A stretch of DNA of 64,000 nt from an uncultured bacterium (GCA_965546855.1 CBEUWO010000001.1:20769-84768); one strand, 5' to 3'; shown: positions 45,898 to 55,871, numbered from the stretch's first letter. Notes: generated by a model from the sequence alone, not told the origin. Made by a program: numbers and translations.

Positions 45898-46473
45898 TTA
45901 ACTGTAGCGTTTGACTATCTCAGTGAACTCGCGAAATTGCGGATGCTCTGCGCCGCCGAGTAGACTGTAGAAAATCGTCTCGGAGGGCAGCACGTGGGCA
46001 TCCATTGAGAGGAGCTGGTCGAGCACGGGCTCGCGATCTTCGGGGCGACGCTCGCTGATGCAGTCCGAAAGTAGAGTGACGCCGATATCGTTGCCAAGGG
46101 CTTGGATCGCTGTTTGATAGATGCAGATCGGAGTTTCGATACCGATCAGTAGCAGGTGATCGATTTGGTTGCTCTCGATCCAGCGATTCAGCCCGTCGGC
46201 CTCGATTGCGGAGAAGATGCTTTTATCAAAGATGGGGGTCTTTTCTGGTAAGATCTGTTTGAGCTCTGCAGTGGTGTGACCGAGTTTTTCGGGGACTTGC
46301 TCGGTGACTGCCAGTGAGCAACCGAGGAGTGTGGCGGCCTCGACTGCGAAGCTGGTGCGCTGAAGCAGGCGTTCGCGATCTGGTATGGCGTTGAGAAACG
46401 GATTCTGAAAATCAATCAATAGGAGGCCGAGGTGTTGTGCTGGATTGGACATATTGGGATCAAGGTCGAACAT
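45898..46473 (-). CDS. Isochorismatase/cysteine hydrolase family protein (YcaC-like)
   Basis: LLLIDFQ, TEQVPEKLG, KSIFS, GIETPICIYQT. Alternative start at 46452. Confidence 0.88.
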   Translation of the reverse strand: MFDLDPNMSNPAQHLGLLLIDFQNPFLNAIPDRERLLQRTSFAVEAATLLGCSLAVTEQVPEKLGHTTAELKQILPEKTPIFDKSIFSAIEADGLNRWIESNQIDHLLLIGIETPICIYQTAIQALGNDIGVTLLSDCISERRPEDREPVLDQLLSMDAHVLPSETIFYSLLGGAEHPQFREFTEIVKRYS

Positions 46474-46640
46474 TGAACTTGCGACGTCGAACTTTGAATG
46501 AAGCGGAGAGCGTTTTTATTGGTAGAGGCGACCGCCTCGACCGCCACCTAGGTTGTATTCGCAGCATTTTTGCTGACTTTAGCTCTGCCTTGCAGGTCAA
46601 ATGCCATTCAGGATCCACCTTCACTACTATGGGATTGGGA

Positions 46641-47321
46641 CTAAACTGGATTAGGGAGCCGCTTGCTGTGGGCATACGCTTTGCGCGCACGCACTTGCAC
46701 AAAGGATTCCTCTTCGACGATGTAAGCTGTCAAATGGCCGCCATAGACGCAGCCGGTGTCGATGCCGATCGAGCCGTGGCGTAACATGACTTTGGGGCGA
46801 GGTGTATGCCCATAGATCACGAAGGGTGAGCCATGCCAATGATCTGCCCATGGCGATGCCGTGGGGGCATCGGATCGCTTGGCGGCCTTGCCGTTCTTAT
46901 CAATCACTTGAATATGGGCAGTGACGTCGGCACTTTGCTGATGCCAGTTTTTTTCGGGAAGAAAGCCTGCGTGCACGTAGACGGTGTCGGCCTCTGCGAT
47001 GTGGTAGTAGTTCGGCAGTGATTCGAGCACTTCCCAGTCTGGTTCAGTCAACTGGCGGAGCGTGTCGTAATCATAGTTCTTCAATAATTCCGGGCACTTT
47101 TCACGTCGAGCGCGCAGCAGCCTGATTTCATGATTCCCCAGAATGGCTTGCACCTTATATTCTTCCGCTAGTTGGATGACATCATGACTGTCTGGACCTC
47201 GATTAATGAGGTCGCCGACTTGTATGACACGATCGCTCGGTTGTAATTTGAGCGCGATTAAGAGTTCTTCAAATTCAGCGGCGCAGCCGTGGACGTCTCC
47301 AATTGCAATGGTTCGGGGCAT
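46641..47321 (-). CDS. Metallophosphoesterase, PPP/ApaH-like
   Basis: GDVHGC, GDLINRG, GNHE, VHAG, GHTP, DTGCVYGG. Confidence 0.92.
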   Translation of the reverse strand: MPRTIAIGDVHGCAAEFEELLIALKLQPSDRVIQVGDLINRGPDSHDVIQLAEEYKVQAILGNHEIRLLRARREKCPELLKNYDYDTLRQLTEPDWEVLESLPNYYHIAEADTVYVHAGFLPEKNWHQQSADVTAHIQVIDKNGKAAKRSDAPTASPWADHWHGSPFVIYGHTPRPKVMLRHGSIGIDTGCVYGGHLTAYIVEEESFVQVRARKAYAHSKRLPNPV

Positions 47322-47518
47322 TTAAAATTAGTAGTAGTGGGCGCGGTGAGTATCTGCTAGCCTTACTTTAAGGACATGATGCTGCAACTTAAATTGTGAG
47401 GTTGTGTAGCTGTCGGCATGGCCTCGCCGTGCCACCCGATGATCTGTATTCTGTGAGAGCTTTTGTTTGCATTGCAGGCAAACGGAGGCACAGTCACAGC
47501 TTTCATTGTTACGCTCTC

Positions 47519-48016
47519 ATGGAATGGCACTTTAAAAGTATTGCACGCAAATCTTCGCTCTCGCAGGTTCCGTTTACACCGGGGGATCGCGTTGCTTGCT
47601 TGATTTTTAAAGATGTCGAGGCAGGCGAAATGGGCCGTGCGGATGTGTTGCCAGATGAAGTGGATGCTTTTGACCTGCCGGGTGAGATTCTCGGGCGTTG
47701 GGTGCGCGTGGTGAAAGATCCGGATGATCAGAGCACTAGTGTGGGCGAAACCGTCGCCTCTGCGGAGGACTTTTTTCTATCGCTGTATGAGAATGATCAA
47801 ACGGATGGCTTGGCAGAGACCGATGCGTTGAAGCATTTACTGGCGCTGATGCTGGAGCGTAAGCGCGTAGTGCGCGCCCTTGGCAAGCGGCAGACCGAAG
47901 GCACGCAGCTGTATCGACATGTAAAGACTAAGATGGAGATCGAAGTGCCCATCGTGGAAATCTCAACTGACTTGATGCTCAAGATTCAGGATACACTCGG
48001 CGACATTATTTTATAA
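47519..48016 (+). CDS. Conserved hypothetical protein
   Basis: 165 aa from ATG 47519 (MEWHFKS); natural composition; first of three co-oriented genes. Confidence 0.7.
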   Translation: MEWHFKSIARKSSLSQVPFTPGDRVACLIFKDVEAGEMGRADVLPDEVDAFDLPGEILGRWVRVVKDPDDQSTSVGETVASAEDFFLSLYENDQTDGLAETDALKHLLALMLERKRVVRALGKRQTEGTQLYRHVKTKMEIEVPIVEISTDLMLKIQDTLGDIIL

Positions 48017-48031
48017 TCACAATTCAATACT

Positions 48032-48550
48032 ATGATCTTACGTAAATACCTGACTATTATTGGTCTGTTAATTTCGCCTCTTTTTCTGTCTGCTTGCTTT
48101 GAGAGCATCGAAGGCTTCAAAAACGAAATCGATAATATGCAAGTGCCTCGTTTGATGATGGAAGCGCGTGGCATGGATTATGGTGGCGGCAGCGGTAGCA
48201 GCGTGACTTTACCGATTTCAGGCACATCGATCAAACTCGAGCGCGAGCCAGTCGTCGGTGAATATGATATTATTAATGTCGAGATGGTGAAGGTCGACAT
48301 GGGGATGGCTTTGTTGATTCAGATTACGGATAAGGGAAGTCGTGAGCTGTATCGTCGCTCAGTGACACATCGGGGCAGTCGCATCGTGTTTACTAGCAAT
48401 GGTGAACCTGTCGGGGCGACACGCTTAAGTGGCACGATCGAAGATGGGCAGTTCTATACCTTTGTGGAAATTCCTGATGATGAACTTGGGCAGTTTGTCA
48501 TCGATCTGAAGGCGAGCATCGCAGAGCTTCAGTCGCATTATAAGTATTAA
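48032..48550 (+). CDS. Lipoprotein with a SecD/SecF P1-head-like domain
   Basis: Lipobox LSAC (Cys22); PVVGEYDI...LIQITDKGSRELYRRS...RGSRIVFTSNGEPVGATRLSGTIEDG resembles the SecD P1 head pattern. Confidence 0.6.
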   Translation: MILRKYLTIIGLLISPLFLSACFESIEGFKNEIDNMQVPRLMMEARGMDYGGGSGSSVTLPISGTSIKLEREPVVGEYDIINVEMVKVDMGMALLIQITDKGSRELYRRSVTHRGSRIVFTSNGEPVGATRLSGTIEDGQFYTFVEIPDDELGQFVIDLKASIAELQSHYKY

Positions 48551-48571
48551 TTTTGGCAACCTGCCTGGTTT

Positions 48572-49588
48572 ATGTATTTGAGACTGTTTCGATTACTGGC
48601 ACTCGGTGGGGCTTTGTTACTCTCGCAGGTGTGTTTGAGTGCTGGACTGATTTGGCCAACACCAAACCCTGCTTTTCAAAATAGTCAGCCGATAGAGTCG
48701 TTTATCCAGCCGACTGCTTCTGGCGTACCTGAGTCCGGTTTGTTTGGTTGCGTGCGCAATCACGGTGGGCGCTTCCATGAAGGCTTGGATCTGTATCCGA
48801 TCGATCGCGATCAACGCGGTGAACCTACGGATGCTGTTTATGCTGTCTTGCCGGGACGTATTGTGCATCTGAACAAGACTGCGGGGTACAGTAGTTACGG
48901 TCTTTATATTGTGGTTGAGCATGATCAACAAGTGCCTGCGTTTCACACGCTCTACGCGCACTTAGCGAGCGTCGACGAGGATATTAAGCTGGGTGCTCGT
49001 GTCGAATCCGGCACGCAGCTCGGCATCATGGGGCGTTCGGCATCGTATTTGATTCCACGCACACGGGCGCATTTGCATTTTGAAATGGGTTTTCGCCTGA
49101 CGAATGATTTCCAAGCGTGGTATGATCGCCAAAAATATGACAGCAAAAATCGTCATGGCATGTGGAATGGCATGAATCTAGTGAGTATCAATCCGCTCGA
49201 TTTTTATGAATCAATCCGTCAGGGGCAGGTCAGCAACCTGTATGAATATCTGAAATCGATTCCAGCTTATGCGCGTATTCGGGTGCAAACATCGAAGGTT
49301 CCAGATTTCGTCAAAGAGTATCCTTCCTTGGTCACACGTCCGTATGCAGCGAAGCAGCTCATTGCGTGGGATATTGCGTTCTCGCAGTATGGCGTGCCGA
49401 AAGAGTGGACGCCGCGTTTTGCAGATGAAGCCATCGGCGGACGCCCCGGAGATGTAAAGGTACTGGCTTATAGCCCGATGCTGTTAAAGCAGCAAAGCTG
49501 CCGCCGTGTAGTGGATCTGGGAGGGGCGACGCCAAGGATTTCGTCTGGCACCTTGGACACCTTGAAGAAGCTATTCGGGTTTAAGTAG
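48572..49588 (+). CDS. M23 family metallopeptidase
   Basis: Signal peptide, HEGLD, YGLYIVVEH, LYAHL, AHLHFE. Confidence 0.92.
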   Translation: MYLRLFRLLALGGALLLSQVCLSAGLIWPTPNPAFQNSQPIESFIQPTASGVPESGLFGCVRNHGGRFHEGLDLYPIDRDQRGEPTDAVYAVLPGRIVHLNKTAGYSSYGLYIVVEHDQQVPAFHTLYAHLASVDEDIKLGARVESGTQLGIMGRSASYLIPRTRAHLHFEMGFRLTNDFQAWYDRQKYDSKNRHGMWNGMNLVSINPLDFYESIRQGQVSNLYEYLKSIPAYARIRVQTSKVPDFVKEYPSLVTRPYAAKQLIAWDIAFSQYGVPKEWTPRFADEAIGGRPGDVKVLAYSPMLLKQQSCRRVVDLGGATPRISSGTLDTLKKLFGFK

Positions 49589-49646
49589 AAGAGTCCTCGT
49601 CGGTCAGGACTGTTCCAAGCTAAAATTGAAGGTGGATACTACTTGG

Positions 49647-51383
49647 TCACAGTTCCTCACTAAATATCTTTTCGGTCACCTTCCAAAAATGCCCCTGCTT
49701 GCGAGCGATCACAAAGCACGGCATACGAAGCTGTGATTGTATTTGTACTGCCTCGCTCACCGAGCTGATGTTGAGCTTTAATTCAGGCGTTCGCATGTGC
49801 GACCTCAGGAAATTGATCGAAAACTTCTTCAGACTGGTTGGATTGTTGAGGTAGTGCATTTCAGCGACGAACTGTGCGTCGTAATCGTAATACTTCACCT
49901 GTAAGTAAGGCGTCCCTTTTTTGTCAACGCGCTCCAGCATCTCAATTGAATCGGGCGTGAGTACATGGGCGTCTTTAGAGAGCCTCGCCTGTTTAAGCTT
50001 CGTGTCGGGGTCGATCAGCACACAGGCGCAGCTGCGACAATCACGCGCGGCGATATCATTTTCAGCCCCGCAGTGGTCGCAAATCTTAAAGCGAAAACGA
50101 TAGTCGCACGGCGTGAATTCGTAGGTGTTCGGATTTACCAGCCCGCCTCGACACTTTCGGCCGAAGTGCTCCAGCAGATTGCCATCTTCATCTACGATCC
50201 CCCAGAAGTCATTCACAAAGCCACATTCGGGGCAGGGGATTTGGACTGCGACCGATTCGGATGCCATCTTCTTTTCGCCGATCTCTGGGCTGAAAATACT
50301 ATGCCCCATCCCTGTGTAATCCAAAACAAGACAATCCTTTTTATTTGTATCCAAACGCAACCCGCGGCCGATGATTTGTTGATACAAACTAATCGATTCT
50401 GTTGGGCGTAGGATCGCAATCACATCGACATGCGCTGCGTCGAATCCAGTCGTCAACACCGATACGTTCACTAAATACTTAAATGCTCGCTTCTTAAAAT
50501 CACTCACGATCTGATCGCGCTCGCTCAGCTCGGTTGTTGCCACCACCAGCTTGGCCTGTCCCGGCGGCAGGTGATCCATGATCTCCTGCGCATGTTTCAC
50601 CGTTGAGCTGAAAATCATTACGCCCTGCCGCTGGTCGCTATCTGTGATATCAATGATGTTTTTGATGATCAGAGGCGTGAGTCGTCTTTGCTGATGGATC
50701 GCTTCCTCTAGTTGAGCCATGGTGTAAGATTGGCCACCTTCGATGAGCTCCGAGAAGTCATAAGAGGTCACGGGAATATCGACTTTTACCGGGGGCGTCA
50801 GGTATTGGTGCCTGATCATATACTCAAGTGGTAGATCGTAGATGCAGTGCTTAAAGAAGCGCAGCTCCTGAGTTTTTATCTCTCCACGGAGCGCGTAATT
50901 ATAGATCCAGCCGAGTCCTAAGCGATACGGGGTGGCGGTCAGGCCCAAGATACAAATACGCGGATTGTTCCGCTTAAGTTGCGTGATGACTTTTGCGTAT
51001 TGACTGTCTGGCTCGAGGCCGACGCGGTGGCATTCATCGATCACGACGAGTGTGAAATTACTAAAAAAAGCATCTTTAGCCTTAGCGACCGACTGGATGC
51101 TACCGAATATGACCTTCTGCTCGCTATCCTTTTGATTCAACCCTGCGGAGTAGATTCCCGCTTGTAGGTCATAGCTTTGATACTTCAAATAGTTTTGCTC
51201 GACCAGTTCTTTGACATGAGCGAGCACCAAGACTCGGCCTTTGGCGATTTTAGCCAATTCAGCGATGACCAGACTCTTACCGGCACCCGTAGGCAAAACG
51301 ATCACCGCAGGGCTACGTCGCTTCCTGAAGTAATTGAGGGTGCGATCCACCGCTTCTTGTTGGTATGTCCTGAGTGTATACAT
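49647..51383 (-). CDS. radD: SF2 DNA repair helicase RadD/YejH
   Basis: [42 protein letters not shown] and CDHC Zn motifs. Confidence 0.9.
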   Translation of the reverse strand: MYTLRTYQQEAVDRTLNYFRKRRSPAVIVLPTGAGKSLVIAELAKIAKGRVLVLAHVKELVEQNYLKYQSYDLQAGIYSAGLNQKDSEQKVIFGSIQSVAKAKDAFFSNFTLVVIDECHRVGLEPDSQYAKVITQLKRNNPRICILGLTATPYRLGLGWIYNYALRGEIKTQELRFFKHCIYDLPLEYMIRHQYLTPPVKVDIPVTSYDFSELIEGGQSYTMAQLEEAIHQQRRLTPLIIKNIIDITDSDQRQGVMIFSSTVKHAQEIMDHLPPGQAKLVVATTELSERDQIVSDFKKRAFKYLVNVSVLTTGFDAAHVDVIAILRPTESISLYQQIIGRGLRLDTNKKDCLVLDYTGMGHSIFSPEIGEKKMASESVAVQIPCPECGFVNDFWGIVDEDGNLLEHFGRKCRGGLVNPNTYEFTPCDYRFRFKICDHCGAENDIAARDCRSCACVLIDPDTKLKQARLSKDAHVLTPDSIEMLERVDKKGTPYLQVKYYDYDAQFVAEMHYLNNPTSLKKFSINFLRSHMRTPELKLNISSVSEAVQIQSQLRMPCFVIARKQGHFWKVTEKIFSEEL

Positions 51384-51539
51384 GGGGTGGACAGACTATG
51401 TAAAGCTTCCCTCAAAGTATAGGGAAATAGCCAGATGCAGTTCCTAGGTTTCTTTAGTGATCGATCGATTGTTTCAATGAGTGAGCTGGTACTGTATTGC
51501 GACTTGGTTGGAGTGTAAATTTTTAAGATAATACTTGAT

Positions 51540-51560
51540 TTAGTGTAGTAGTTACACTTA
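51540..51560 (+). promoter_or_regulatory. Predicted NrtR operator
   Basis: 21-bp palindrome TTAGTGTAGTAGTTACACTTA with GT-N7-AC core, 9 bp upstream of the pncB ATG; nrtR lies two genes downstream. Confidence 0.75.
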
Positions 51561-51569
51561 TTGGAGTGC

Positions 51570-52736
51570 ATGGCGACATTACTAGATAACGACCTCTATA
51601 AATTCACGATGATGCAAGCGGTGTGGCTTAAGTATCCGACGGCCGAAGTGCGCTATCAGTTTATCAATCGTCGCCCTACGGATACCTTTACTGAAGAGGC
51701 TGTTGTGTTGATTCAGCAACGGATCAATGCACTTGCTGAATGTCAGATGACTGAGGAGGAGTTGCAATTTTTAGCGAAATTGCCATTTATCAACGGGGAT
51801 TTCATTGAGTTCTTACGTGGTTTTAAGTTAAAAGCGGACACAGTTCAGTTGGAGTTAATCAATGGTCAACTGGGCATTTGGGTTACTGGCACTTGGGTGG
51901 ATACAATTCTTTGGGAGGTGCCTTTGATGGCGATCATCAGTGAAACCTATTTCGAAGTGGTGGATACGAATTGGCCAGATGAACTCGATGCCTACGGAGC
52001 ACGTGCTATGATAAAAGGAGATCGTTTGACGGAGGCTGGCTGTGATTTTTTTGAATTCGGCACGCGTCGTCGCCGTAGTTATGCGTATCAAGATGCTGTG
52101 GTGGCCGCGTTTAAAAAAATCGGCGGCACCTGTGGCGGCACGAGTAACTTACATTTCGCGATGAAGCATGGTTTGAATCCTGTTGGCACGATGGCGCACG
52201 AATGGATTATGGGACATGCAGGTTTGATGGGGGTTAAGCAGGCAAATGTGAATGCCTTGGATGCGTGGCTGGAGGTGTATCAAGGGCGTCTTGATACCGC
52301 GTTGACCGATACGTATACAACGGAGTATTTCCTCAAGAATATTGCCGGTCGTCTTGCTCAGACGTATGACGCGGTGCGACATGATAGTGAATGCCCCTTT
52401 GTATTCGCTGATCGGATACTGGAATTCTACCAGGATGAGGCGATTGATGCGGGCACCAAGGGAATCGTATTCAGTGACAGCTTGAACGTGGATAAAGTGA
52501 TCGCCATCGAGCAGCATGTGGCTGAGCGTATTAAGACGTGGTATGGAATCGGCACTCATTTCACGAATGATTTTGGTGACAGTCCTGCGCTGAATATCGT
52601 GATCAAGCTGTATGAAGTGAACGGTGTGAAAGTTGCTAAGATCAGCGATAACCCAATCAAAGCCAGTGGCGACCGGCTTGCTGTCGAGCAAAGTCTCGCC
52701 GCGCTCCAACTGACTGTAGTCGGAGTTAGCAACTAA
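51570..52736 (+). CDS. pncB: Nicotinate phosphoribosyltransferase
   Basis: LLDNDLYKFTM, EFGTRRR, GTSN, GTMAHEW, LTDTY, VRHDS, FSDSL, GIGT, AKISD. ATG 51570 after GGAG. Confidence 0.95.
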   Translation: MATLLDNDLYKFTMMQAVWLKYPTAEVRYQFINRRPTDTFTEEAVVLIQQRINALAECQMTEEELQFLAKLPFINGDFIEFLRGFKLKADTVQLELINGQLGIWVTGTWVDTILWEVPLMAIISETYFEVVDTNWPDELDAYGARAMIKGDRLTEAGCDFFEFGTRRRRSYAYQDAVVAAFKKIGGTCGGTSNLHFAMKHGLNPVGTMAHEWIMGHAGLMGVKQANVNALDAWLEVYQGRLDTALTDTYTTEYFLKNIAGRLAQTYDAVRHDSECPFVFADRILEFYQDEAIDAGTKGIVFSDSLNVDKVIAIEQHVAERIKTWYGIGTHFTNDFGDSPALNIVIKLYEVNGVKVAKISDNPIKASGDRLAVEQSLAALQLTVVGVSN

Positions 52737-52776
52737 CTGCTGCCTCCTGAATTTTCTTCTAATACCACATCATATC

Positions 52777-53130
52777 ATGAAACATATTCACCTTGGCGCA
52801 GCGGCGCTCAACACGACTCCTAAGGACTGGACTGGGAATACTGCTAAGATTCTTGCTGCGATTGAGGCGGCGAAAGCGCGTGGAGTTGGCTTACTGTGTT
52901 TGCCTGAACTGGCTACGACTGGTTATGGCTGCGAGGACGAATTCCATGCGCCTTATGTATCGGAGTGGGCGATGAATCAGGTGCTTTGCGATATTGCGCC
53001 GATGACTGTCGGAATTGCGGTTACTGTTGGTTTGCCGATTCAGTTTGGAGGAGCGACTTACAATGCGATCTGTGTGCTGGCTGATGGGGCGGCCTTGGGC
53101 TTTGCAGTTAAGCAGAACCTTGCGGGCTGA
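52777..53130 (+). pseudogene. nadE: Truncated glutamine-dependent NAD+ synthetase (N-terminal 117 aa of the glutaminase domain only)
   Basis: LNTTPKDWTGN, LCLPELATTGYGCEDEF, GLP..YNA, KQNLAG then TGA from a heptamer array. No nucleophile Cys or synthetase domain follows; context is pncB-nadE-nrtR. Confidence 0.85.
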
Positions 53131-53158
53131 AACCTGAGGGCTGAAACTTGAGACCTGA
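53124..53158. repeat. 5 heptamers at the nadE truncation point
   Basis: gggctga aacctga gggctga aacttga gacctga; same family as 38413 and 43151. Confidence 0.88.
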
Positions 53159-53303
53159 GAGTAGGGGCTTTGCTTTGTGAAGACCGCGTAAAGGGCACGG
53201 GCTCACGGAGTTCTATCGCGCCTGATACAGACTCGAAAATCCGCCTAACCTTGCCTGATCCATTCAGATAAACGTTCAATTTACTGGCGCTGCTGCGTTT
53301 ACC

Positions 53304-53331
53304 TTCTAAATTCTAACTCCTAAATTCTAGC
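53304..53331. repeat. 4 heptamers TYCTARM upstream of nrtR
   Basis: ttctaaa ttctaac tcctaaa ttctagc. Confidence 0.75.
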
Positions 53332-53342
53332 TCCTCTTCTAT

Positions 53343-54053
53343 ATGCCACCGAAAAAGAAATCACCATCACCTATAGCGTTGTCCTCGTTTATCGTGTCCG
53401 TGGATAGCGTGATCTTTGCATACATGAACAAGGCGGTTTATATCCCGCTGATTATGCGAGGGGTTGAGCCATTCCTCGATTGCTGGAGCCTGCCTGGTGG
53501 GCCGATTCTCGAGCAAGAAGCTCCAGAGGCTGCGTGCCTTCGAAAGCTTGAAGAAGATATGGGACTGAAGGTAGAGTATCTGGAGCAGCTGTATACCTTT
53601 GGTGCGCCCGATCGCGATCCGCGTAAGCGAGCGTTCAGTATTAGTTATTTTGCGTTGATTGCAGAGAGTGAGGAGCCCTTGTCGTGGGGGCAGGATTCTC
53701 GAACGGCACAATGGTTTCATATCGATCAGTTACCCTCTGAAGCGTGGGCTTTTGATCATCAAACGATTGTGCAGATGGCGATCAAGCGTCTGCGTGCCAA
53801 GCTGAGTTATGAGCCTGTCGGGCTGAGCCTCCTTCCTGAGGAGTTCGGCTTGTCAGAGTTGATGCATATTTATGAGGTGATTTTAGGCACTGAATTAGAC
53901 CGTCGCAATTTCCAGAAGAAAATGAAGTCGACCGGTCTGTTGATTCCGACCCGCACCGTCCCAAGTCCACGTGGCAGGCCGAGCCAACTCTATCGCTTCG
54001 ATGAAGCACGGTATGCAGAGTTGAAGGAAGAAGGTTTTGCTTTCGGGTTTTAG
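53343..54053 (+). CDS. nrtR: NrtR-family transcriptional regulator (Nudix + winged HTH)
   Basis: VSVDSVIF, WSLPGG, LEQLYTFGAPDRDPR, AFDHQTI, LPEEFGLSEL, LDRRNFQKKM, GRPSQLYRF. Confidence 0.92.
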   Translation: MPPKKKSPSPIALSSFIVSVDSVIFAYMNKAVYIPLIMRGVEPFLDCWSLPGGPILEQEAPEAACLRKLEEDMGLKVEYLEQLYTFGAPDRDPRKRAFSISYFALIAESEEPLSWGQDSRTAQWFHIDQLPSEAWAFDHQTIVQMAIKRLRAKLSYEPVGLSLLPEEFGLSELMHIYEVILGTELDRRNFQKKMKSTGLLIPTRTVPSPRGRPSQLYRFDEARYAELKEEGFAFGF

Positions 54054-54120
54054 TCGCTAGCCTGCAGGCAAACGTTGGAGTTTTTTAACCGCTTAACCAG
54101 CATGACGAAAAGAGCGCCCT

Positions 54121-54396
54121 ATGGATTTACTAAGTGATATTAAAAGTAGAAAACTGCTAATTGCAAAAGGTTGCTTGTTTGGCTTGGTTGCGGCGCTGGC
54201 TGGGGTAGGCTTATTGCTGCAGACTTTGCAGTGGGAGACCCTGTGCTTGCTGCTGATTTTCGGGTGGAGTGTCTGCCGGTTTTATTACTTCCTCTTCTAT
54301 GTTTTGGAGCATTACGCGGGGCGCGACAGGAAATACGCTGGGATCTTAGACGAGTTGAAGCACTTGTTGAAGAAGCGAGAGAATCGACAGAAGTGA
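54121..54396 (+). CDS. Small hypothetical membrane protein
   Basis: 91 aa, two hydrophobic segments, CRFYYFLFYVLEHY motif. Confidence 0.7.
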   Translation: MDLLSDIKSRKLLIAKGCLFGLVAALAGVGLLLQTLQWETLCLLLIFGWSVCRFYYFLFYVLEHYAGRDRKYAGILDELKHLLKKRENRQK

Positions 54397-54420
54397 AGCA
54401 TGAGCTAGTCGGGCAGTCAT

Positions 54421-54843
54421 ATGGGGCATTATTGTTATTACTGTGGAGAGTCGAAGTCGAATGAAGCCTTTTCGGGAAAGGGGCATCGTCGGCATTTGTG
54501 CCGTGCCTGTTATTCAATTCCTGCTGCAGAGCGTGAGGAATCCGAGCTTTGGGGGCGCTTGCATGGTCTGATGGATCAGTCGAATATTTCGAAGAAGAAT
54601 ATTGTCTGGCTGAAGTCGCTTCTCAAGCATTCGAATCAGTCGATGCGAGCGCATGCCCAGCTGATTCTGCATGTCGCCGAGGTTGCTCCTTTTCGTAAGA
54701 AGCGTTACCAGCGTATCGCGGTGTCTTCGACCAAGCTGTTGAAACTATGTATTGATTCGGGTTTGTTGTATCAACCAGATTATTCAGGGGGCGCAGATTC
54801 TGGTAGTGAGGAGAGCTTCGAAGAGGATCATGTGCCGTTCTAA
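54421..54843 (+). CDS. Hypothetical protein with an N-terminal Zn-finger-like motif
   Basis: MGHYCYYCG...FSGKGHRRHLCRAC, QSNISKKNI. Confidence 0.75.
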   Translation: MGHYCYYCGESKSNEAFSGKGHRRHLCRACYSIPAAEREESELWGRLHGLMDQSNISKKNIVWLKSLLKHSNQSMRAHAQLILHVAEVAPFRKKRYQRIAVSSTKLLKLCIDSGLLYQPDYSGGADSGSEESFEEDHVPF

Positions 54844-54900
54844 TCAGCAGTGAATTCTGTGTGTTCTTATACTCGCACAGCGTGGGCAGCGGAAGCGGTA

Positions 54901-55591
54901 TTATGGAGTCCTTATTCCTATCTCTTTCAAATCCTTGCCTAAACATTCCAATGTTCAATCGGAGTTCAGTGTTTCGATAACGGTCGAGCTAATTTCATGT
55001 TTAAACACTTTGGATAACGCATCTTTGTCCAGAACCCGTTCATAGTATTCTTCCGCCCATTGTTGGCTTGTTCGACATTCTGACTCAAGCACGGAGGTGT
55101 TCGACGAGTGTGAGCGGCGGCGTGAAAGTGGTGTGATGTGGGCGGTTTGATAATCCTCTAGATTCTTAAGTTCCTCACCTAAAAACCGACAAAATTCTCC
55201 CCGTCACGGGGTTGCACTTCATTTTCTTGTCTTTTTGCAATCTCCTTACCTCGCTTCTTGAAGCGTATCATCATCGCCCGAAGCTCTTGAAGATTTTCGG
55301 TATCGAAAAGCATTGTAAGTCCTAGGATGAGAGGATCTTCCGTAATCCTATGGGCTTCTCGATCAAGTGTGAAGCCTCATGAAGCTCAGCGGGATTTTCT
55401 CCGCCGATTCAGGTTTCGTCGCTTGGTTGATTCAAACTCGACTTTGCTGCTCGACTGCGTCGTTGAGAACGCCTGCGACGCTCTCGCTGGCACTCAGGGA
55501 TTGAGCAGTGGGCCTGCCGCTCCTTTACGCGTCGATCCGGTTCAAATGGCTGCTCACAGGCTTCGCAGGTCTTTACTGTTTTGATTTTCAT
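54901..55591 (-). pseudogene. Decayed gene(s): Cys-rich N-terminus plus frameshifted downstream fragments
   Basis: ATG 55591 MKIKTVKTCEACEQPFEPDRRVKERQAHCSIPECQRERRR stops at 55409; further stop-interrupted protein-like segments in shifted frames (EDPLILGLTMLFD..., GEFCRFLGEE...). Confidence 0.5.
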
Positions 55592-55871
55592 GTACCTTAG
55601 AATTAATTTAGCGACAGAACACAGCAATATTAACCTGCTGCAACAAATACATGCACTTCGTCGGGCAGATTGACGATGACAGCATCTGCACCGTTCCCCC
55701 CATAAGGAGCAAAGATGTGGTGGCATGATCAAGCGAGTGTCTACGTCTTCAATCGCTTGACGAACTCAGCGAATGCGCGACAATTTAATGTGTCATTAAG
55801 TGACCAGACACCTCAGTTCGTAACGATTGGCGCGTCACTGATACTGTTCGCAAACAACAACAACGACGACG

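Noticed and set aside
53152-53184. In-frame DLRVGALLCED after the nadE stop, resembling the nitrilase nucleophile motif GxxICED
   Set aside because: It lies after two in-frame stops, partly inside the repeat, and the same bases resemble a GTAG REP; downstream residues do not convincingly match NadE. Profile alignment of 53131-53270 to NadE would decide.
55729-55760. Inverted repeat tcaagcga...tcgcttga upstream of the TSUP gene as a possible riboswitch
   Set aside because: No SAM, Moco or other aptamer signature recognised; an Rfam scan of 55600-55872 would decide.
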